The translations under genes were made by a program, and so were the position numbers. Positions 59,548 to 64,000 of a stretch of DNA of 64,000 bases are shown piece after piece (the stretch's first letter is position 1; every line of letters begins with the position of its first letter). The notes below the pieces were generated by a model that was not told the origin of the DNA, made no database searches, and saw only the letters and a program-made list of their open reading frames with translations. Location: the NCBI GenBank assembly GCA_963923945.1, contig OZ000551.1:335671-399670 (forward strand), in the 5' to 3' direction. This DNA is from Alphaproteobacteria bacterium. GTDB lineage: Bacteria; Pseudomonadota; Alphaproteobacteria; G963923945.

Positions 59548-60114
59548 GTGATAAAACTTGACAAAATTTATACGCGTGGCGGCGATCACGGCCAAACGTC
59601 TCTGGGTGATGGCAGCCGGGTTAAAAAACATATCCCACGGGTCAGCACCTATGGAGACGTAGATGAGGCCAACGCTGCTATCGGCCTGGCCCGCCTCCAT
59701 ACCCAAGGGGATGCCGATGCCATGCTGGAACGGATTCAAAATGATCTGTTTGATCTGGGGGCTGATTTATGCGTCCCGGAAGGGGAGGGGAAAAAGTCAA
59801 CCCAGTCCTTGCGGGTGAGTGCGCATCACGTTGAACGTTTAGAAAAAGAAATTGATCGACTCAATGAAACCCTACCCCCTTTGACGTCATTCATTCTGCC
59901 TGGGGGAACACCGGCTTCATCTTATCTGCATCTGGCCCGGACGATTGTCCGGCGTGCTGAGCGGGCCGCCACCGCCTTGGCGGAAGATGAAACCATCAAC
60001 CCCCAAGCGATCATGTATCTCAACCGGCTCTCGGATCATTTGTTTGTCTTGGTCCGCCATTTGAATGATAACGGCGCGCAAGATGTCCTCTGGACTCCGG
60101 GAGCCAATCGATAG
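59548..60114 (+). CDS. ATP:cob(I)alamin adenosyltransferase, PduO/MMAB type
   Basis: N-terminal IYTRGGDHGQTSL and EANAAIGLAR motifs characteristic of the PduO-type family. 188 aa. Confidence 0.85.
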   Translation: MIKLDKIYTRGGDHGQTSLGDGSRVKKHIPRVSTYGDVDEANAAIGLARLHTQGDADAMLERIQNDLFDLGADLCVPEGEGKKSTQSLRVSAHHVERLEKEIDRLNETLPPLTSFILPGGTPASSYLHLARTIVRRAERAATALAEDETINPQAIMYLNRLSDHLFVLVRHLNDNGAQDVLWTPGANR

Positions 60115-60235
60115 CATCTTATTTCTGTTGATGAAAACCCATCTGATTTTATAAAAAATGCATACAGATAAAAACCTCATGAAGATCAAAATCTATTGAG
60201 GAAAAAATATTGGAGAAGACGATAGTGGAGAAGAC

Positions 60236-60991
60236 GTGATGAAACTTCTGGTCGCCGTTAAAAGGGTGATTGATTATAATGTTCGGGTACGGGTGAAAAC
60301 CGACCGCAGCGGCGTTGAGACAAATAATGTCAAAATGTCGATGAATCCCTTCGATGAGATTGCGGTTGAGGAAGCGGTACGGCTCAAAGAAGCTGGGATT
60401 GTCAGCGATATTGTTGCGGTATCCATCGGCCCGCAACCGTGTCAGGAGACCATCCGCACCGCCCTGGCCATCGGGGCCGACCGCGGCATTCATGTCGAAG
60501 CAGCCGCCGATATGGAACCCTTGTCGGTGGCCCATATTTTGAAAGCCCTGGTTGACCGGGAAACCCCAATCCTGGTTATTCTGGGCAAACAAGCCATTGA
60601 TGATGACAGCAACCAAACCGGTCAGATGATGGCGGCTTTGCTGGGCTGGCCCCAGGGAACATTCGCCTCAAAATTAACCCTCACGGATGGTTATGCTGAA
60701 GTAACCCGGGAGATTGATGGCGGTTTACAGACCTTGCGCCTCAAGACTCCGGCGGTCATCACCACCGATTTACGCCTCAATGAGCCGCGTTACGCCTCTC
60801 TCCCCAATATCATGAAAGCCAAAAAGAAACCGCTTGAGATTCTGACCCCGGCTGACTTAGGGGTTGATCCAACCCCGCGTCTAAAAACCTTGCAAGTGGA
60901 AGAACCACCGCCCCGCCCGCCCGGTGTGATGGTCGCTGATATTGATCAACTGATTGATAAATTGCGCAATGAAGCCAAAGTCATTTCTTGA
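60236..60991 (+). CDS. etfB: electron transfer flavoprotein beta subunit
   Basis: [16 protein letters not shown]-terminus and conserved EtfB fold. Followed by etfA. Confidence 0.95.
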   Translation: MMKLLVAVKRVIDYNVRVRVKTDRSGVETNNVKMSMNPFDEIAVEEAVRLKEAGIVSDIVAVSIGPQPCQETIRTALAIGADRGIHVEAAADMEPLSVAHILKALVDRETPILVILGKQAIDDDSNQTGQMMAALLGWPQGTFASKLTLTDGYAEVTREIDGGLQTLRLKTPAVITTDLRLNEPRYASLPNIMKAKKKPLEILTPADLGVDPTPRLKTLQVEEPPPRPPGVMVADIDQLIDKLRNEAKVIS

Positions 60992-61027
60992 CATTTTTGC
61001 CTCTTAAAATTCTGTTAAGGAGCCCTC

Positions 61028-61969
61028 ATGCCCATTCTTTTGATCGCCGAACATGATCATAACAGCTTGCGCCCGGTGACGTTAAACGCGGTATCATGCG
61101 GTTTGGAGATTAGCAATGATCTTCATATCCTGGTGGCCGGACATAACTGCGCTGCTGCGGCCCGCGCCGCCGCCGCCATTCCAGGGGTGACCAAGGTTCT
61201 GCAGGCTGATAACCGGCTCTTGACCCATCAACTGGCTGAAATAATGGCGCCGTTGGTCATGAATGTGGCTGAAGGATACAGCCATATTCTGGCCCCGGCA
61301 TCAACCTTTGGAAAAAATTTGATGCCGCGGATTGCCGCATTGCTCAACGTTATGCAGATTTCTGATGTGATGGCGGTGATTGATGATCAAACCTTCAAAC
61401 GACCCATTTACGCCGGCAACGCGGTTGCGACGGTTCAATCGGGTGACTCGATTAAGGTGATGACGGTGCGGGCCACCACCTTTGAGGCCGCCCTCACCCA
61501 AGGCGGAACCGCCCCAATAGAAGAGATTTCACCGGAAAAAATCCCCGAACCGGATGCGACAATTTCCGAATTTGTCGGAGAGGAATTGAGCGCATCGGAT
61601 CGTCCTGAACTCACCGCCGCCTCGATTGTGATATCCGGTGGCCGGGGCTTACAAAGCGGGGACAATTTCAAACTGCTCGAAGGAATTGCCGATAAATTGG
61701 GGGCGGCCATCGGGGCCAGCCGGGCCGCTGTTGATTCCGGATTCGTCCCCAATGATTGGCAAGTCGGCCAAACCGGTAAAATCGTTGCGCCTGATCTGTA
61801 TATCGCGGTTGGTATTTCCGGGGCGATTCAGCATCTGGCCGGGATCAAGGATGCCAAAGTCATCGTAGCGATCAATAAAGATGAGGAAGCACCGATTTTT
61901 CAAATCGCTGATTATGGTTTATGTGCTGATTTATTCCAAGCCTTGCCGGAACTCGAAAGCAAGTTATAA
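61028..61969 (+). CDS. etfA: electron transfer flavoprotein alpha subunit
   Basis: C-terminal FAD-binding motifs ([26 protein letters not shown]). Confidence 0.95.
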   Translation: MPILLIAEHDHNSLRPVTLNAVSCGLEISNDLHILVAGHNCAAAARAAAAIPGVTKVLQADNRLLTHQLAEIMAPLVMNVAEGYSHILAPASTFGKNLMPRIAALLNVMQISDVMAVIDDQTFKRPIYAGNAVATVQSGDSIKVMTVRATTFEAALTQGGTAPIEEISPEKIPEPDATISEFVGEELSASDRPELTAASIVISGGRGLQSGDNFKLLEGIADKLGAAIGASRAAVDSGFVPNDWQVGQTGKIVAPDLYIAVGISGAIQHLAGIKDAKVIVAINKDEEAPIFQIADYGLCADLFQALPELESKL

Positions 61970-61977
61970 AACAGGTT

Positions 61978-62880
61978 ATGAAGACAGCTGAGGCCATCAA
62001 CAACATTGCCATCATTGGGGCTGGCCGTATGGGATGCGGGATTGCCCAAGTCTTTGCCTTAAATGGCTTCCAGGTGCGGGTGAGCGAACAGGACCCCCAG
62101 CGTCTGGAAACAGCCCCATCCGCAATCAATGAGAGTTTGGCCTATCAAGTCACCAGAAAATACATCAAGCCTGAGGATAAAAAGCGGGCATTGGCACAGA
62201 TTGATCTTGTTTCTTCCCATAAAGCCTCTTTTCATAAATCTCTAAAAAATTGCGATCTGGTCATCGAAGTGATCAATGAAAATGAAGAGGAAAAATGCGC
62301 CCTCTGGCAGAGTATGGCACCCCATCTCTCGCCGGAAGCCATTCTGGCCTCAGCCACCTCCGGCATTTCAATCACCCGCCTGGGGGCGGCTTCTGGACAT
62401 GCGGAGCATTTCATCGGCCTGCATTTTATGAATCCAGCCCCGGCCATGAAGCTGGTTGAGGTTGTGCGTGGCATCGCCACCAGCCAAGCGGTCATTCATG
62501 TCTGCCGTGATCTGGTGGAAAAGATCGGTAAAATTTCGATTATGTCGGAGGATTTTCCCGCCTTCATCGTCAATCGGATTGTGTTGACCATGATCAATGA
62601 GGCCATTCATACCTTGTATGAGGGAGTTGGCTCTGTCGAATCGATTGATTCAGCCATGCGTTTTGGTGCCAACCATCCCATGGGACCGCTGGCCTTGGCT
62701 GATTTTATGGGTCTTGATACCTGTCTGCATAGTATTGAAACCCTGCATAAGGAATTGGCCGATAGCAAATATCGCCCCTGCCCCTTGCTGGTCAAATATG
62801 TCGAGGCCGGCTGGCTTGGGGTCCAGTCCGGGCGCGGCTTTTACGATTATTCCGGCAAGACCCCGACCCCGACCCGCTAA
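61978..62880 (+). CDS. hbd: 3-hydroxybutyryl-CoA / 3-hydroxyacyl-CoA dehydrogenase
   Basis: NAD Rossmann (IAIIGAGRMGCGIAQV) and HFMNPAP motif. Confidence 0.9.
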   Translation: MKTAEAINNIAIIGAGRMGCGIAQVFALNGFQVRVSEQDPQRLETAPSAINESLAYQVTRKYIKPEDKKRALAQIDLVSSHKASFHKSLKNCDLVIEVINENEEEKCALWQSMAPHLSPEAILASATSGISITRLGAASGHAEHFIGLHFMNPAPAMKLVEVVRGIATSQAVIHVCRDLVEKIGKISIMSEDFPAFIVNRIVLTMINEAIHTLYEGVGSVESIDSAMRFGANHPMGPLALADFMGLDTCLHSIETLHKELADSKYRPCPLLVKYVEAGWLGVQSGRGFYDYSGKTPTPTR

Positions 62881-62971
62881 ACCCGGCGATAAGGGTCCCG
62901 GCCACCTTTCTTTGAGCAACCCCCATCGCGTGGCTTCGGGATGCTGGTTCTGGCCGCTTTGGTGCCTGAAT

Positions 62972-64000
62972 TCATTTCATCAGATCGTAAAAACGACCCC
63001 AGTCCTTGTACTTGCGTTTGTGGATTCGATCATCGCGAACACCTCTGAGAACGTTAATCATATCCCGGCGCACATATTCATTGTTGCGATGATAACTGTG
63101 CTCAAAGAAATCTGCCCCCGCTTGATGATCAATAACCGCTGTACAATCGATTTGGGTGAACATGCGCGGCAATTTACAAGGTCGGCTGGGCCCTTTGGCC
63201 CCCAGACGGGCTGGATTCCCCTTGTAACGGTCACTCCACTCAAGAACCTTGTCCTCGGCATTGTAATAGATCGATACGCGCTGCCCCAAATGTTCGAGAA
63301 AACCCAAGCCGCGCCTTTTTTCCAACGCATCGGTATCCGTGTCGGCGGCGATGAGCAATATCTGATCAAACAACTGCATTGGTTTTTCCGGATACATCAC
63401 TGCCAGAGCCTGACCGAGAGCATAGGCCCCCATGCTATGGGCCATCAGATGAATCTTTTGCTTGCAAAGCTGCTCTTTGCGCATTTTTTTAATAAAATCA
63501 GCCGCCTTGAGAAGGCCCCGCTTGATGGCTGTTGCTGAATCCTTGGCATCATCACGGTCACTGCGGTAAGCCAGAAGCTTCCCATCGGAGGGCCAGCTGA
63601 ACACCAACCAATTCATCTTTTCGCCTCCATCTTCAAACCATCTCTTCAATGCGGCGGCTTTGGTGAGGGATTCTTCAAATGTGGTGTTAAACCCGTGAAT
63701 ATAAAACATGGTGTCGGTCTCTTTCTCCTGCATGATCTTATGCAGATTGTCGAACAATTCCTGACTGCCCAAAATATGCTTGTCTGGATTCGGGTCCTCC
63801 ACATCTTCATAGAAAATTTCCGGTTTTTCCGAGATGGTGCCATAATCGGTAACCTCAGCGCGGCCAAACCGGATACCGCCTGAAAAACCACCGCCAAAAT
63901 ATCCGGCATTCTTAAGACTGCCGCCGGGCTTCTTGGCCCCGACCAAACCACCACCAAACCCGGGCGGAGGATTGGTTCCGGACTTACCATAATCGGGCAC
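62972..64000 (-). CDS. alpha/beta-hydrolase (DUF900-like, GHSMG nucleophile elbow) with Gly-rich N-terminal region; 5' end beyond the window
   Basis: Open to the window edge. HSMG lipase/esterase pentapeptide (LMAHSMGAY). Gly-rich N-terminal low-complexity (GFGGGLVGAKKPGGSLKNAGYFGGGFSGG). Confidence 0.6.
   Translation of the reverse strand: MPDYGKSGTNPPPGFGGGLVGAKKPGGSLKNAGYFGGGFSGGIRFGRAEVTDYGTISEKPEIFYEDVEDPNPDKHILGSQELFDNLHKIMQEKETDTMFYIHGFNTTFEESLTKAAALKRWFEDGGEKMNWLVFSWPSDGKLLAYRSDRDDAKDSATAIKRGLLKAADFIKKMRKEQLCKQKIHLMAHSMGAYALGQALAVMYPEKPMQLFDQILLIAADTDTDALEKRRGLGFLEHLGQRVSIYYNAEDKVLEWSDRYKGNPARLGAKGPSRPCKLPRMFTQIDCTAVIDHQAGADFFEHSYHRNNEYVRRDMINVLRGVRDDRIHKRKYKDWGRFYDLMK

Noticed and set aside
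62597-63538. 313-aa plus-strand ORF
   Set aside because: Runs antisense to the alpha/beta-hydrolase gene. No recognisable domain. The hydrolase frame carries the GHSMG motif.
1-64000. tRNA/rRNA genes
   Set aside because: No T-psi-C-like GGTTCGAATCC/GGTTCGATTCC-type arms or rRNA-like conserved blocks were seen by eye. A tRNAscan or Infernal run is needed to be certain.

Overview
The window reads as a largely syntenic alphaproteobacterial chromosomal segment of about 52% GC. Core housekeeping blocks are present:
- dnaB-alr, mlaEF, radA-cvpA-purF
- yfgM-bamB-der and pheT-pheS-rplT-rpmI
- ffs(SRP RNA)-dnaX-ybaB-recR
- def-fmt-truA, dapE/dapD, argB
- etfBA-hbd

Redox and sensory genes include a methyl-accepting chemotaxis protein, a cupredoxin next to cytochrome c peroxidase, flavocytochrome c sulfide dehydrogenase (fccAB), and a GGDEF protein.

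The most unusual locus is a microcin-C-type peptide ABC transporter operon (yejA-yejB-[yejE::yejF fusion]). It is split by a roughly 3.2 kb insert between yejB and yejEF. The insert carries two type VI secretion core homologues with no other T6SS genes in 64 kb:
- a TssA (ImpA_N) gene
- a TssK-like gene interrupted by an in-frame TGA and lacking the C-terminal head region

Other oddities:
- a 12-bp x9 tandem repeat in a divergent promoter region
- a 15-bp x4 repeat spanning the ybaB stop codon
- a 760-bp AT-rich non-coding island with a DnaA-box-like site upstream of dnaB
- a Tat-signal transglutaminase-like cysteine peptidase homologue whose catalytic Cys appears replaced by Ser

No tRNA, rRNA, CRISPR, transposase or integrase was recognised. 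All similarity calls are from motif recognition by eye, not database searches.
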